The notes beneath the pieces were generated by a model. It was not told the origin of the DNA, did no database searches, and saw only the letters and a list, made by a program, of their open reading frames with translations. A program made the position numbers and the translations under genes. A stretch of 64,000 nt of DNA from Candidatus Hermodarchaeota archaeon. Lineage in GTDB: Archaea > Asgardarchaeota > Lokiarchaeia > Sigyniarchaeales > SOKP01. Shown here one piece after another: positions 19,102 to 29,550 of this stretch. Every line of letters starts with the position of its first letter. The stretch's first letter is position 1. The DNA is taken from assembly GCA_048885525.1 (NCBI GenBank), contig JBHLLP010000012.1, positions 24,785 to 88,784 of the forward strand. The letters run 5' to 3'.

Positions 19102-20430
19102 TTGAAGAAAAAAATAGCTGAAATCCGAAATCTATTACTTGAACATCATGAATGGTTTCAAAGATCAATACCTCTGATTGCTTCTGAAAATATTACGAGT
19201 CCAGCAGTGGATGAAGTTTGTGCATCAGATTTCTCACATCGATATGCAGAAGGATGGAGTGGACAAAGAGTTTATGCCGGATGCACCTATATTGATAAGG
19301 TTGAAGATATTTGCATGGAACTTACAAAAGAGTATTTTAAATGCTTACATGCCGATGTAAGACCTGTTTCCGGCGTTGTAGCAAATTTAGTTATGTATAA
19401 TGCATTTACTTCAGATAATAATGGTAAAATGTGTTGCATGTCTATCGTTAGGGGGGGCCATATTTCACATGGTCCTAGATTTGCTAAAAGTGGGAGAGAA
19501 ATATTTGGTACTGCTGGAACAACAAGAGGAATAGATGTTGAATATTTAGCGTTTGATAATGATGAAATGAATCTTGATATTGACGCTTCAGCAAAAATTA
19601 TTAGAAAATTTGAACCTGAATTAGTTTTGTTTGGAGGTTCTGTATTTTTATTCCCACATCCCGTTAAAGAGCTTGGTGATGTAGCAAGAGAAGTTGGAGC
19701 TTATGTTGGTTATGATGCCGCTCATGTGGCGGGCTTGATTGGTTCAGGATATTTCCAAGATCCATTAAGGGAGGGGGCAGATACCATGACAATGAGCACT
19801 CATAAGACACTTCCAGGACCTCAACATGGGACTTTAGTATCAAATAGAGAAGATTTAATTGAAACTCTGAGATCTTGTGCCTTTCCTGCTCTTTTATCTA
19901 ATCATCATTTACATAATGTTGCTGGATTAGCGATCGCATTAGCAGAAATGCTAGAATTTGGAAAGGATTACCATAAAAATGTTATTCAAAATGCAAAGGC
20001 TCTTGGTCAAGCTTTATCTGAGCATGGTTTGAAAGTTTTAATGGAACATAAAGGTTTTACTGAATCTCACCAGATAATAGTTGATGTTACTGAATTTGAG
20101 AAAACTATCGGGTTAGGTGGAGATATTGAGAAATTATTAGAACAAGCAAATATCATACTTAATCGTAATCTATTGCCCTATGACATTGCTCAAGGCAGAC
20201 ATTATCAAAATCCAGGTGGTTTAAGAATAGGCACATCTGAAATTACTAGACTTGGTATGGGTAAAAGTGAAATGATCGATATTGCTGAATTTTTTAAGAA
20301 ATTATTAATTGAAAAAAAAGACCCTAAAGAAGTTAAAGATGAAATAATGGATTTTAGAAAAGATTTCCAAGAAATTAAATATTGCTTTCAGTCTTCAAAT
20401 AAGGCTTATGAATATTTAAAATTTTATTAA
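19102..20430 (+). CDS. glyA: Serine hydroxymethyltransferase (archaeal type)
   Basis: LIASEN, HRYAEG, GGHISH, YDAAHVAGL, STHKTLPGP, SNHH, GLRIGT. Confidence 0.96.
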   Translation: MKKKIAEIRNLLLEHHEWFQRSIPLIASENITSPAVDEVCASDFSHRYAEGWSGQRVYAGCTYIDKVEDICMELTKEYFKCLHADVRPVSGVVANLVMYNAFTSDNNGKMCCMSIVRGGHISHGPRFAKSGREIFGTAGTTRGIDVEYLAFDNDEMNLDIDASAKIIRKFEPELVLFGGSVFLFPHPVKELGDVAREVGAYVGYDAAHVAGLIGSGYFQDPLREGADTMTMSTHKTLPGPQHGTLVSNREDLIETLRSCAFPALLSNHHLHNVAGLAIALAEMLEFGKDYHKNVIQNAKALGQALSEHGLKVLMEHKGFTESHQIIVDVTEFEKTIGLGGDIEKLLEQANIILNRNLLPYDIAQGRHYQNPGGLRIGTSEITRLGMGKSEMIDIAEFFKKLLIEKKDPKEVKDEIMDFRKDFQEIKYCFQSSNKAYEYLKFY

Positions 20431-20516
20431 TCTTCTTTATTCTTGTTTTTTCTTTAGAATAAATAATAAAACTTATCTTAAACGATTCATTTCAGACTTA
20501 TTATAATTTTGAATTA

Positions 20517-21359
20517 ATGAAAGTCATGAATCTCGAAGTTCTTGAAAAAAGTGATAGAAAACTCATATTTGTAGTTGAGGGGATATCAATTGAGATGGCT
20601 AATGCAATTCGTAGAATTATTATTTCTGAAATTCCTGTTATGGCTGTAGATGAAATTATCATTCTGAAAAACGATAGTCCATTATATGATGAAATAATAT
20701 CACACAGGCTCGGATTAATCCCTTTGACAACAGATTTAGAGGTTTACAAATTACCACGTGAATGTGAGTGTGGTGGATATGGTTGTCCTCTCTGTCAAGT
20801 TTCCTTAACATGTGAAGTTACTAACACATCAACCGCTCCTCTAGAAATTTACTCGGGTGACCTCAAATCAAATGACCCTAAGATAATTCCTGTTGATCCA
20901 AATATTCCAATAGTAAAAATAGATAAAAATGATAAAGTAATAATTGAGGCTTATGCTATACTAGGTTTAGCAAAAGATCACGTTAAATGGCAAGCAATTT
21001 CAAATATATTTTACAGATTTTATCCCCAAATCGATTTTAATAATAGTAAGTGTGCTAAATGCCCGGATAAATGTATAGTATCAAGAATGTGTCCTGAAGA
21101 TTTATATGATTTCTCAAGTAAAAAAACTACAGTGTTAATAGAAGATTATTGGAAAAAATGCACATTATGTAATTCTTGCCAGAATGATTGTCCAGAAGAA
21201 GCTATTAAAGTAGGTTGGAAAGAAAATACTTATATATTTTCAATTGAAAGTGATGGAGTTCTTCCATTTGAGACAATTATTAAGAAAACATTTGATATTT
21301 TTTTAGAAAAGATTGATGAATTTGTAGAAAGACTTGAAGAAGCAGAGATAGAATCGTGA
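20517..21359 (+). CDS. rpoD: DNA-directed RNA polymerase subunit Rpo3 (D)
   Basis: ANAIRR, NDSPLYDEIISHRLGLIPL, HVKWQ, FSIESDG; Zn-like and ferredoxin-like Cys inserts. Confidence 0.96.
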   Translation: MKVMNLEVLEKSDRKLIFVVEGISIEMANAIRRIIISEIPVMAVDEIIILKNDSPLYDEIISHRLGLIPLTTDLEVYKLPRECECGGYGCPLCQVSLTCEVTNTSTAPLEIYSGDLKSNDPKIIPVDPNIPIVKIDKNDKVIIEAYAILGLAKDHVKWQAISNIFYRFYPQIDFNNSKCAKCPDKCIVSRMCPEDLYDFSSKKTTVLIEDYWKKCTLCNSCQNDCPEEAIKVGWKENTYIFSIESDGVLPFETIIKKTFDIFLEKIDEFVERLEEAEIES

Positions 21360-21429
21360 TTTATCAAAAAATTATTTAAATATTATAAATTTAAGATATC
21401 AGAATTAATAAATTAGAGCGTCGTTTTAC

Positions 21430-21786
21430 ATGTCTCACAAGGTAACTGGTCCATCAAATTATTACGTTAGAAAGCTAATTAGAGATTTATGGAAGACAAA
21501 GATAAATATATGGAAAACTGTATCAAAAAAATTAAGTGGTCCAAGAAGAAATAGAGTAAAAGCAAATTTATATCGTATTAATAAGAAGACAAAGAAGAAC
21601 GATATAATTGTAATTCCCGGAAAAATTTTAGGACTAGGAGAATTAGATCATACTCTTACTATAGCATGCTTAGATTATTCAAAATCAGCGAAGAAAAAAA
21701 TTGAATCCTCTGGAAGCACGTTAATGACAATTGAAAAATTATTAGAACAAAACCCTAAAGGTAGTGGTGTAAAGATCTTATATTGA
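21430..21786 (+). CDS. rpl18e: 50S ribosomal protein L18e
   Basis: IWKTVS..L.GPRR, NLYRI, IPGKILG, SAKKKI, NPKGSGV; follows rpo3. Confidence 0.95.
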   Translation: MSHKVTGPSNYYVRKLIRDLWKTKINIWKTVSKKLSGPRRNRVKANLYRINKKTKKNDIIVIPGKILGLGELDHTLTIACLDYSKSAKKKIESSGSTLMTIEKLLEQNPKGSGVKILY

Positions 21787-21819
21787 AATAACAAATATCT
21801 TATTTAAAAGTGATAAAAC

Positions 21820-22293
21820 ATGGTAGTTGAATATCAATTATATGATGCTTCGAATAAAATTTTGGGTCGTTTTTGTAGTCACATAGCAAAAAAAGCTTTA
21901 TTGGGTGAGTATATAGTAATTATTAATGCGAAAGATGCAATTGTCAGTGGAACAAAAAGAAATATTCATGAGAATTATCTTGCTAAATTAAAAATTTCAA
22001 CAGCTACTAATCCACGTAGGGGACCATTTCATGAAAGGAGACCAGATACTTTTATGAGAAGAGTTGTAAAACAAATGTTACCAAGAAAGAAACTGCGAGG
22101 AAAGGAAGCTCTTAAGAGAGTCCACGTTTATATATCGGATATTCCAGAAAGATTTAAGAAGAGATATCAAACCTTAGTACCTAATGAAATTAATAATGTA
22201 GACAAGAAGAGACTTTCATATTACAATCGATATATCACTTTAGAAAATTTATGTCAAAGAATAGGTTGGAAGAAAACCGAGGTTGAAGTTTAA
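21820..22293 (+). CDS. rpl13: 50S ribosomal protein uL13
   Basis: DASNKILGR, NPRRGPFH..RPD, MLPRK..RGKEALKR. Confidence 0.95.
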   Translation: MVVEYQLYDASNKILGRFCSHIAKKALLGEYIVIINAKDAIVSGTKRNIHENYLAKLKISTATNPRRGPFHERRPDTFMRRVVKQMLPRKKLRGKEALKRVHVYISDIPERFKKRYQTLVPNEINNVDKKRLSYYNRYITLENLCQRIGWKKTEVEV

Positions 22294-22296
22294 AAT

Positions 22297-22707
22297 ATGT
22301 CAATGAAAGTTATTCAAGCATCAGGAAAAAGAAAATCTGCTATTGCAAGAGCTGTTTTGAGACATCCTGCTAAAGGTCAAATAAAAATAAATAATACACC
22401 TCTACAATTATATGAACCTGAAATAGAGCGATTAAGAATCCAAGAAGTAGTTGAAATAGTAAACCATCCAAAAGTTGATAAATGTGACATTAATATTAAT
22501 GTGAAAGGTGGTGGAAAGAGTGGACAAACTGATGCTGTACGTATGGCTATTGCGAAATCAATATTTAAGTTTTTAGGTACAAAAACAATAGAAAGAATTT
22601 TTAGAGAATATGATGACTCCTTATTAAGTGGAGATTCGAGACGAACAGAACCAAAGAAATTCGGAGGCAAAAAAGCTAGATCTCGAAGACAAAAAAGTTT
22701 CAGATAA
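22297..22707 (+). CDS. rps9: 30S ribosomal protein uS9
   Basis: GKRKSAIARA, VKGGG..GQ, D.RRTEPKKFGG..AR..QKSFR. Confidence 0.96.
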   Translation: MSMKVIQASGKRKSAIARAVLRHPAKGQIKINNTPLQLYEPEIERLRIQEVVEIVNHPKVDKCDININVKGGGKSGQTDAVRMAIAKSIFKFLGTKTIERIFREYDDSLLSGDSRRTEPKKFGGKKARSRRQKSFR

Positions 22708-22720
22708 AATTTTAAAAATC

Positions 22721-24037
22721 TCAAAGAATTTCGATATTTGCTCCTAATTCTTTCAAATCCTCATAAAAGCTAGGATATGAATCTTTTACGATATTACTGT
22801 TATGAATAGATGAACTTGAATCAGCAAATAAAGCTGCTATGCTACAAGCCATAGCTATTCTATGATCATTATTATGATTAATTTTTATTCCCGAAATTTT
22901 ATCACAGTGAAAGATCGTCAATTTATCTTTCTCTTCAATAACTTTAACACCCATTTTAGTTAATTCTCGAGCCATTGCAGCAATTCTGTCAGTTTCTTTC
23001 AATCTTTGGTTAGAAGCGTTGTAAAGAACGGTTTTTCCTTCTGCGAAAGCACCAATGACAGACAAAATCGGAAATAAATCGGGAATTTCAATACAATTAA
23101 TCTCAATGCCATTTAAAGGTGAGTTTCTATTATCTCCGTTTATGAGTACCCAGTCGTTTTCTTGGTCAATTTTAATTTTTGCTCCCATTTGTGTAAAAAT
23201 CTCAAGAATTATTTTGTCTCCTTGGTAATTATTAATATTAAGGTTTTTAATAATTATAGATGATGGTTTATTAGATAGAACTGCAGCTGCTAAAATGTAT
23301 GCGGCAGAACTAAAATCTCCCGGGATTGTAATTGATTGTGATCTATAAATCTGTTCATTTGTTATATAGAACTTTCTATCTTTGAAATTAGCTTGAATAT
23401 TAATTCCAAATGACTCTAATATATCTAAGGTAATATTAATAAAAGGTTTAGAGGATAATGGAGTTAATGATTCAATTTCAATATAGTCTATGTTTTTGCA
23501 TTTTATTAAGGGACACAATATTAACAACGCAGTTATAAACTGTGAGCTTATATCGCCTTGAATCTTAATTTTATTGCAAACAACTTTTTTACGTTTTATT
23601 TTAAGTTTTTTATCTGTTAATTTGAAAACTCCTCCTAATTGTTCAAGTGCATTGAGAAGTGGAAGAATAGGTCGTTTAAAGTTAAAAAAATCTCCTTTTA
23701 AAGTTAATCCTCCCTCAATAAGCAAACCTAAAGCACTGAAAATTCTGACTGTTGTACCTGAATTTCTGCAATCTATTGCTTTTTTATAAGATCTATAGGC
23801 ATCTTTAACTCGTTTAACGATGTAAGTGTTACCATCTTTTTTAAGAATTCTCACTCCTAATAATTGTAATAAATTCATTGTAACAGCTACATCTCCACTC
23901 GTCAAGGGATTTTTAATTATTGAAATGCCATCAGCTAAACTAGCAGCAATAAAAGCTCTATGGGAATAACTTTTAGATCCAGGTGCTATGACTTCACCAT
24001 TTAAACCGTTTTTTATCGGAGTAATTTTGAGATTCAT
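22721..24037 (-). CDS. aroA: 3-phosphoshikimate 1-carboxyvinyltransferase (EPSP synthase)
   Basis: PGSKSYSHRA, NSGTT, SSQFITALL, PGDFSSA, RLKETDRI, DHRIAMA, SYP. Confidence 0.96.
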   Translation of the reverse strand: MNLKITPIKNGLNGEVIAPGSKSYSHRAFIAASLADGISIIKNPLTSGDVAVTMNLLQLLGVRILKKDGNTYIVKRVKDAYRSYKKAIDCRNSGTTVRIFSALGLLIEGGLTLKGDFFNFKRPILPLLNALEQLGGVFKLTDKKLKIKRKKVVCNKIKIQGDISSQFITALLILCPLIKCKNIDYIEIESLTPLSSKPFINITLDILESFGINIQANFKDRKFYITNEQIYRSQSITIPGDFSSAAYILAAAVLSNKPSSIIIKNLNINNYQGDKIILEIFTQMGAKIKIDQENDWVLINGDNRNSPLNGIEINCIEIPDLFPILSVIGAFAEGKTVLYNASNQRLKETDRIAAMARELTKMGVKVIEEKDKLTIFHCDKISGIKINHNNDHRIAMACSIAALFADSSSSIHNSNIVKDSYPSFYEDLKELGANIEIL

Positions 24038-24127
24038 TAAATAATAAATAGAAACTTATAGATATAATATTATTTAAATAATCATATAAGACTATTGTTA
24101 AATAATTCCTTAGAGAACGTGAAAAAG

Positions 24128-25234
24128 ATGCATAATTCATTGGGTACCATCTTTAGAATAACTTCATTTGGAGAGAGTCATGGAGAATTAGTTGGAATTA
24201 TATTAGATGGAGTACCAGCGGGATTAGACTTTGATTTAAGTATAATTCAAAACGAACTCGATAGAAGAAAACCGGGTCAAACACTAATTAGTACTAACCG
24301 TTTAGAGGAGGATCGCGTTAAATTATTATCTGGTGTTTTTGATAATAAAACAACAGGAGCTCCCATTTGTTTAATAATTGAGAATAAAGATGTAGATTCA
24401 TCAATATATAAAACATATAAAAATTTCTTGCGTCCATCACATGTAGATTACTCTGCATTCAAAAAGTATGGTGGTTATTCAGATTATCGAGGATCGGGTA
24501 GGTTTTCTGGTAGAATAACTGCAGGGTTTGTTATGGCTGGAGCCATAGCGAAACAGATATTAAAAAAATATAATATCTTGATATTTGCCTATACAAAGAG
24601 TATCGGGAATATTATTGATGAACAAAATTATTCTTCAAATGAGCTTAAAGAATTATATAAAATTAGAGAAGAAAATACTGTTAGAGCTATTAGTTCCAAA
24701 AAGGCCAAATTAATGGAAGAACTAGTTAAAAATGTGAAAAATCAAAATGATTCTATTGGAGGAACAGTTAGATGTATAGTAATAAATTTTCCAGAAGGAA
24801 AAGGGAACCCTATTTTTAACAGTATTGAGTCAAATATAAGTAGCGCGATTTTTGCAATTCCGGGAATAAAGGGTATAGAGTTTGGAGCTGGTTTTAAGGG
24901 AACTAGAATGAAAGGCTCGGAGCACAACGATCCATGGGTTTTTAAGGATGGAAAAATCCAAACAACTAAAAATGACTCCGGGGGAATTATTGGGGGGATT
25001 TCTACAGGAATGCCAATTGAATTTACAGTTGGAATTAAACCAACTGCTTCCATAGCTATTCGACAGAGAACTGTTAACATTGAAACAATGAAAAATGTAG
25101 AAGTTGAATTTCCTGGTCGTCATGATCCATGTATAGTCCCAAGGGTGGTGTCAGTAATTGAAGCTATGACCGCCAATGTTTTACTTGATTGTTTATTAAT
25201 TGAGGGTTATATTCCTAGAATTTTAAATTCTTAA
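24128..25234 (+). CDS. aroC: Chorismate synthase
   Basis: FGESHG, RRKPG, TTGAPI, RPSHVD, GRFSGR, GGIIGGIS, KPTASI, GRHDPC. ATG at 24128 preferred over TTG at 24095. Confidence 0.96.
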   Translation: MHNSLGTIFRITSFGESHGELVGIILDGVPAGLDFDLSIIQNELDRRKPGQTLISTNRLEEDRVKLLSGVFDNKTTGAPICLIIENKDVDSSIYKTYKNFLRPSHVDYSAFKKYGGYSDYRGSGRFSGRITAGFVMAGAIAKQILKKYNILIFAYTKSIGNIIDEQNYSSNELKELYKIREENTVRAISSKKAKLMEELVKNVKNQNDSIGGTVRCIVINFPEGKGNPIFNSIESNISSAIFAIPGIKGIEFGAGFKGTRMKGSEHNDPWVFKDGKIQTTKNDSGGIIGGISTGMPIEFTVGIKPTASIAIRQRTVNIETMKNVEVEFPGRHDPCIVPRVVSVIEAMTANVLLDCLLIEGYIPRILNS

Positions 25235-25329
25235 AAGAATAACCTAATTATAATTTGTCATAAGATAGAATAAAAATTAAAAATTATTAATTATAAATTG
25301 AGTATAATAAGAAGTAAATTGAGTTAATA

Positions 25330-25569
25330 GTGTCTATACAAGAAAAATTTATTAAAGACGTAATTAAAGTAATAGATAGATGGTCTTTTGAGCAGTGTGC
25401 TTTTTGTGAAAATGGGACAATGGTATCAATTGAAGGGATGGTTGATTTCAAATGTAGCAAATGTGGAAATACCATGAACCCCCTTAATTATTTAGGAGAG
25501 ATTGCTAAGTATGTTTTTAATTATAGAGAACAAAATCCACATCTTAATAATGAACCCGGGTATGATTAA
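25330..25569 (+). CDS. Small zinc-ribbon protein
   Basis: CAFC...CSKCG pair in 79 aa. Confidence 0.7.
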   Translation: MSIQEKFIKDVIKVIDRWSFEQCAFCENGTMVSIEGMVDFKCSKCGNTMNPLNYLGEIAKYVFNYREQNPHLNNEPGYD

Positions 25570-25666
25570 TCTCATCTAAAATTAGGAAATTATTAATTAA
25601 ATTGCATAATTTATAATTATAAACTCAATTCTTTAAAAAATTAAATAAATTTCTTAGGTATTTAAA

Positions 25667-27091
25667 ATGGAATTACCTATTACAGCAGTTTTATTAGGAG
25701 CAGGTAGGAGAGGATTTCATGTCTATGGTAATTATGCTCTAAAAAATAAAGAAAAAATAAAATTTGTAGCTGTAGCAGAACCTATCAAAAATACACGTGA
25801 AAACTTTGCCAAATTACATAATATCCCTACTAATAGATGTTTTGAAAGCTGGGAGGATTTGCTTATTAAGGAGAAACTAGCAGAAGTTGCTTTTGTGTGT
25901 ACTCAAGATCAAATGCACACAGCACCTACATTATTGGCATTAGAGAAAGGATATCATATATTACTAGAAAAACCCATGGCACATAGATTAACTGATTGTA
26001 TTAAAATAGTGAAAAAAGTAGAGGAAACGGGTAAAATTTTAGGAGTTTCTCATGTATTAAGATACACCGAATTTTTTTTAACGATTTTAAAAATTATTAA
26101 TAAAGGATTGCTTGGAGATATTGTTAATATCTCACATCGAGAAAATGTTTCATGGTATCACATGGCACACAGTTTTGTCCGAGGACCATGGGCAGTTAGA
26201 GAAAAATCTTCACCCATGATTTTAGCAAAAGCTTGTCATGATTTAGATTTATTATATTGGATGGTGGGGTCCATTCCGAAAAAAATTAGTTCTTTTGGTA
26301 GCTTATTCCATTTCAAAGCAGAGAATGCACCTCAAGGAGCTCCAAAATTTTGTTTAGATGGATGTCCTGTAAAAAATACATGTAAATACTACGCTCCAAG
26401 GACTTATATTGATATAATCCCAATAATTCAAATTATGCAAAAAGGAAAAAACAGAGGACTTAAATTTTTGAGTAATTTACGTAAGAATTATATTAAATTA
26501 TATACGTTCTTAGCTAAAATAATTCCTGCATTTAAGAGATTGAGATACTGGAGTGAATGGCCTGTTTATTATTTATATTCTGGACAACAAGAAGACTATT
26601 CAGACCAGGCAAAATTAAAAATTCTTAAAACAAGTCAATATGGGAGGTGTGTGTATTTTAGTGATAACAACGTAGTTGATCATCAAGTAGTCAATATAGA
26701 GTTTGAAAATGGTGTTACAGCTAATTTTACTATGCATGGATTTAGTGAGAGAGAAGGTAGAACTCTGAGAATTGATGGTACAGAAGCAACTTTAATAGGA
26801 GAATTTCATGATTCCAATAAAAAGTTAACTCTCTATAATCATTTTTCTGGAGATAAAAGAATTATTTTAGATCAAAAACTTACACTTAGTACAGCTGAAC
26901 ATGGTGGAGGAGACCCTAAATTAATTGATGCTTTTATCGAATCATTGAATAACCCAAACTTTGTTCAACCTTTAACAAATGCTAGAGCTTGTCTTGAAAG
27001 TCATTTAATGGCTTTTGCCGCTGATGAATCTCGAATAAAAGGAACCGTGATTAATATGGATGAATATCGCAAGAGATCAGATAATCTTTGA
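25667..27091 (+). CDS. Gfo/Idh/MocA family NAD(P)-dependent oxidoreductase
   Basis: GAGRRG, LLEKPMA, HSFVRG.W, KACHDLD, HGGGD. Confidence 0.9.
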   Translation: MELPITAVLLGAGRRGFHVYGNYALKNKEKIKFVAVAEPIKNTRENFAKLHNIPTNRCFESWEDLLIKEKLAEVAFVCTQDQMHTAPTLLALEKGYHILLEKPMAHRLTDCIKIVKKVEETGKILGVSHVLRYTEFFLTILKIINKGLLGDIVNISHRENVSWYHMAHSFVRGPWAVREKSSPMILAKACHDLDLLYWMVGSIPKKISSFGSLFHFKAENAPQGAPKFCLDGCPVKNTCKYYAPRTYIDIIPIIQIMQKGKNRGLKFLSNLRKNYIKLYTFLAKIIPAFKRLRYWSEWPVYYLYSGQQEDYSDQAKLKILKTSQYGRCVYFSDNNVVDHQVVNIEFENGVTANFTMHGFSEREGRTLRIDGTEATLIGEFHDSNKKLTLYNHFSGDKRIILDQKLTLSTAEHGGGDPKLIDAFIESLNNPNFVQPLTNARACLESHLMAFAADESRIKGTVINMDEYRKRSDNL

Positions 27092-27204
27092 ATATTTTAC
27101 TAGAGATAAATGTTAATATTGTGAAAAAAATATAGATAATTTATTATTATTAATAACATAAAATATCTTATAATTAAAACTAAATTTTGGTCTGTTAAAA
27201 TAGA

Positions 27205-27432
27205 ATGGATAAAAAAATTGACACTTCTCAGCAATTTATCGAATTCTACAAAAAAAAGGGTGACTACTTAGTATCTCTTTCAGAAAATCATTTCAAGAAT
27301 ATAGAATATCGTAAATGTCTTGAATTATTAAATCAAGCATATGGAATGTACATGAAGGGAAATTATATTGAACTTGCTGAAAAAACTAAACAAAGATTCT
27401 TAGAAATCAAAAAAAAATATATTAAAAAATGA
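27205..27432 (+). CDS. Small helical (TPR-like) hypothetical protein
   Basis: 75-aa ATG ORF with a TPR-like pattern (YRKCLELLNQAY). Confidence 0.6.
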   Translation: MDKKIDTSQQFIEFYKKKGDYLVSLSENHFKNIEYRKCLELLNQAYGMYMKGNYIELAEKTKQRFLEIKKKYIKK

Positions 27433-27437
27433 ACTTA

Positions 27438-27944
27438 TTAATTAATTTCTAAAGAATTACCTAATTTATATTCAATATCTTCAATATGAGAACCTTGCCA
27501 ATATACTTTTTTACATTGAAGATTTGAACATTGATAAAATTCAGTATAATTATTATATGTTTCTTCTAAAACGTACATTTTTATAGAATTCTTATTTTGT
27601 ACTCTTTCTAACTGTGAATTACACATTGAACATCTCGCCTGTTTAAGATTAAATTTAAAATTTAAACCTAACTTTTTATTGAGTTGTTTTAAGTAGTTAT
27701 ATATGCCTTCTCCACTGAGAAAAATACTCTTATCTTCATAATGCTTGTATAAGACATAATCTTTAGTAACGATAATTCTTCTATTTCTTTTTGCATAATC
27801 TATTAACTTTTCATCAGGAACTGGATCTATATTAAAATAACCAATTAAATCATTGGCATAAATTGTGTCAAAACCAAATATTCTAAGGAATCTTGATAAT
27901 TTACCTAACATCGCATCGACTAAAAATTTCATATTATTTATCAT
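27438..27944 (-). CDS. Mut7-C RNase (PIN-like) domain protein with Zn ribbon
   Basis: FLVDAMLGKLSRFLR..GFDT, VTKD, RCSMCN, C...C.KVYWQGSH. Confidence 0.92.
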   Translation of the reverse strand: MINNMKFLVDAMLGKLSRFLRIFGFDTIYANDLIGYFNIDPVPDEKLIDYAKRNRRIIVTKDYVLYKHYEDKSIFLSGEGIYNYLKQLNKKLGLNFKFNLKQARCSMCNSQLERVQNKNSIKMYVLEETYNNYTEFYQCSNLQCKKVYWQGSHIEDIEYKLGNSLEIN

Positions 27945-28030
27945 ACGCTTTTTTTATTTATTAATAGGATAAATATATTTAAAGCATCTTATTATTTTAC
28001 TTAAACCAAATAAAAATCATATAGATTTAA

Positions 28031-28558
28031 ATGGAAGCTAAGGAATTAATGGAAAAAGCTGCAAGATTTCATGGGCATATTTGTCCGGGTCTTGCAATTG
28101 GTGTTTTAGTTGCTAAACATGTCTTAGAGCATGGATATAATTATTCTCCAAATGAAGAGTTAGTTGCTGTCGTTGAGAATGATAATTGTAGCGTTGATGC
28201 TCTCCAAGTAATTTTGGGCACAACATATGGGAAGGGTAATCTTGTGCATAGAGATTATGGGAAGATGAATTACTCTATTTATGATAGAAGAACTCAAAAA
28301 GGTATAAAATTAGCATTAAAAAGTAGACAACTTAATGGTGAAAAATTAACAAGAGATGAAAAAATTCAATTTTTATTGAAATCAAAACCAGAAGATGTAT
28401 TTAAAATTGATAAGATTGAATTTAATCCTCCAGGATTAGCCCAGATTGAAGAATCTGCACCATGTGAGATATGTGGAGAAATTACTATGAGTAGTCGACT
28501 TATGATATATAATGATTCTGAAATGTGTGTTCCTTGTTATAAAAAAATAAGGGGATAG
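28031..28558 (+). CDS. fwdE: FwdE/FmdE family protein with C-terminal Zn finger
   Basis: FHGHICPGLAIG, NCSVDALQ..GTTYGKGNL, CEICGE...CVPC. Confidence 0.9.
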   Translation: MEAKELMEKAARFHGHICPGLAIGVLVAKHVLEHGYNYSPNEELVAVVENDNCSVDALQVILGTTYGKGNLVHRDYGKMNYSIYDRRTQKGIKLALKSRQLNGEKLTRDEKIQFLLKSKPEDVFKIDKIEFNPPGLAQIEESAPCEICGEITMSSRLMIYNDSEMCVPCYKKIRG

Positions 28559-28673
28559 ATAAAAATAATATCATTTCATGTATTAGATTTTATGGTATAT
28601 TTCTTAATGCTTCTTTCAATATGAAGAAATTTACTTATTATTTGATTGAAACTAAATAATGATGTAAAATGAA

Positions 28674-29438
28674 ATGGTTGATAAAAATCTGATGATAATG
28701 GATGGTGCGGGTCCTTTTCTTTTTGAAGGAAATAAAGTTGGAATCCTCATGATACATGGAGGTGGTGGAGGAACATGTGCAGATTTAAAACCTTTAGCAG
28801 AGTATTTGTATGCAAAAGGAGGTTATACTGTAAAAATTCCCTTACTTCCTGGTTTTGGAACTTCGCCTGAAGATTTAAAAAACATTAAGATTAATGATTG
28901 GAAATCAGCTTTAAAGGAAGAAATAACAATATTAAAGGATACTTGCGATAAAATAATTGTAGGGGGGCATTCTATGGGGGGTCTTTTAACTTTAATATTA
29001 GCAGCAAATTATAATTTTGATGGAATTTTTACGATTAGTGCCCCCGCAGGAGTTCAATCATTTTTGATTAACTTAGTTCCTTTATTCCAAATTTTTGTAA
29101 AATATCATAAAACCCCTTCTGAAAAATTCAGAAAAGACACAAATGGAAAGTGGGTTGGGTATGATAAGATTCCCGTAAATATTGGAATAAAAGCAAAAAA
29201 ATTGATGATAGAGATGAAACAATCTTTATTCAAAATTAACTGTCCAATAATATTATTTCAAGGTCGATTAGATTCTGATATTAAAAAAAATAGTATGGAT
29301 TATATTTTCAGTAAAATCAGTTCTAAAACTAAAAAAAAGATATGGTTGGAACATAATGATCATCCAATATTAGACAGCCCCGATTACAATCAAATTGCGT
29401 CTGAACTTTTTAATTTTATTCATGAAATTTGTCCTTAA
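28674..29438 (+). CDS. Alpha/beta-hydrolase (carboxylesterase)
   Basis: IHGG, LPGFG, GHSMGG nucleophile elbow, QGRLD, DH. Confidence 0.88.
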   Translation: MVDKNLMIMDGAGPFLFEGNKVGILMIHGGGGGTCADLKPLAEYLYAKGGYTVKIPLLPGFGTSPEDLKNIKINDWKSALKEEITILKDTCDKIIVGGHSMGGLLTLILAANYNFDGIFTISAPAGVQSFLINLVPLFQIFVKYHKTPSEKFRKDTNGKWVGYDKIPVNIGIKAKKLMIEMKQSLFKINCPIILFQGRLDSDIKKNSMDYIFSKISSKTKKKIWLEHNDHPILDSPDYNQIASELFNFIHEICP

Positions 29439-29550
29439 ATTATTTATTTATGATTAAATTACTAAAAATATCGAAGAGTAGACTTTAGCAATTTTAAAAA
29501 GTTAAACTTATGAGATTTTTTAACGCTTTCAAATATGAGAGGAATCATCC

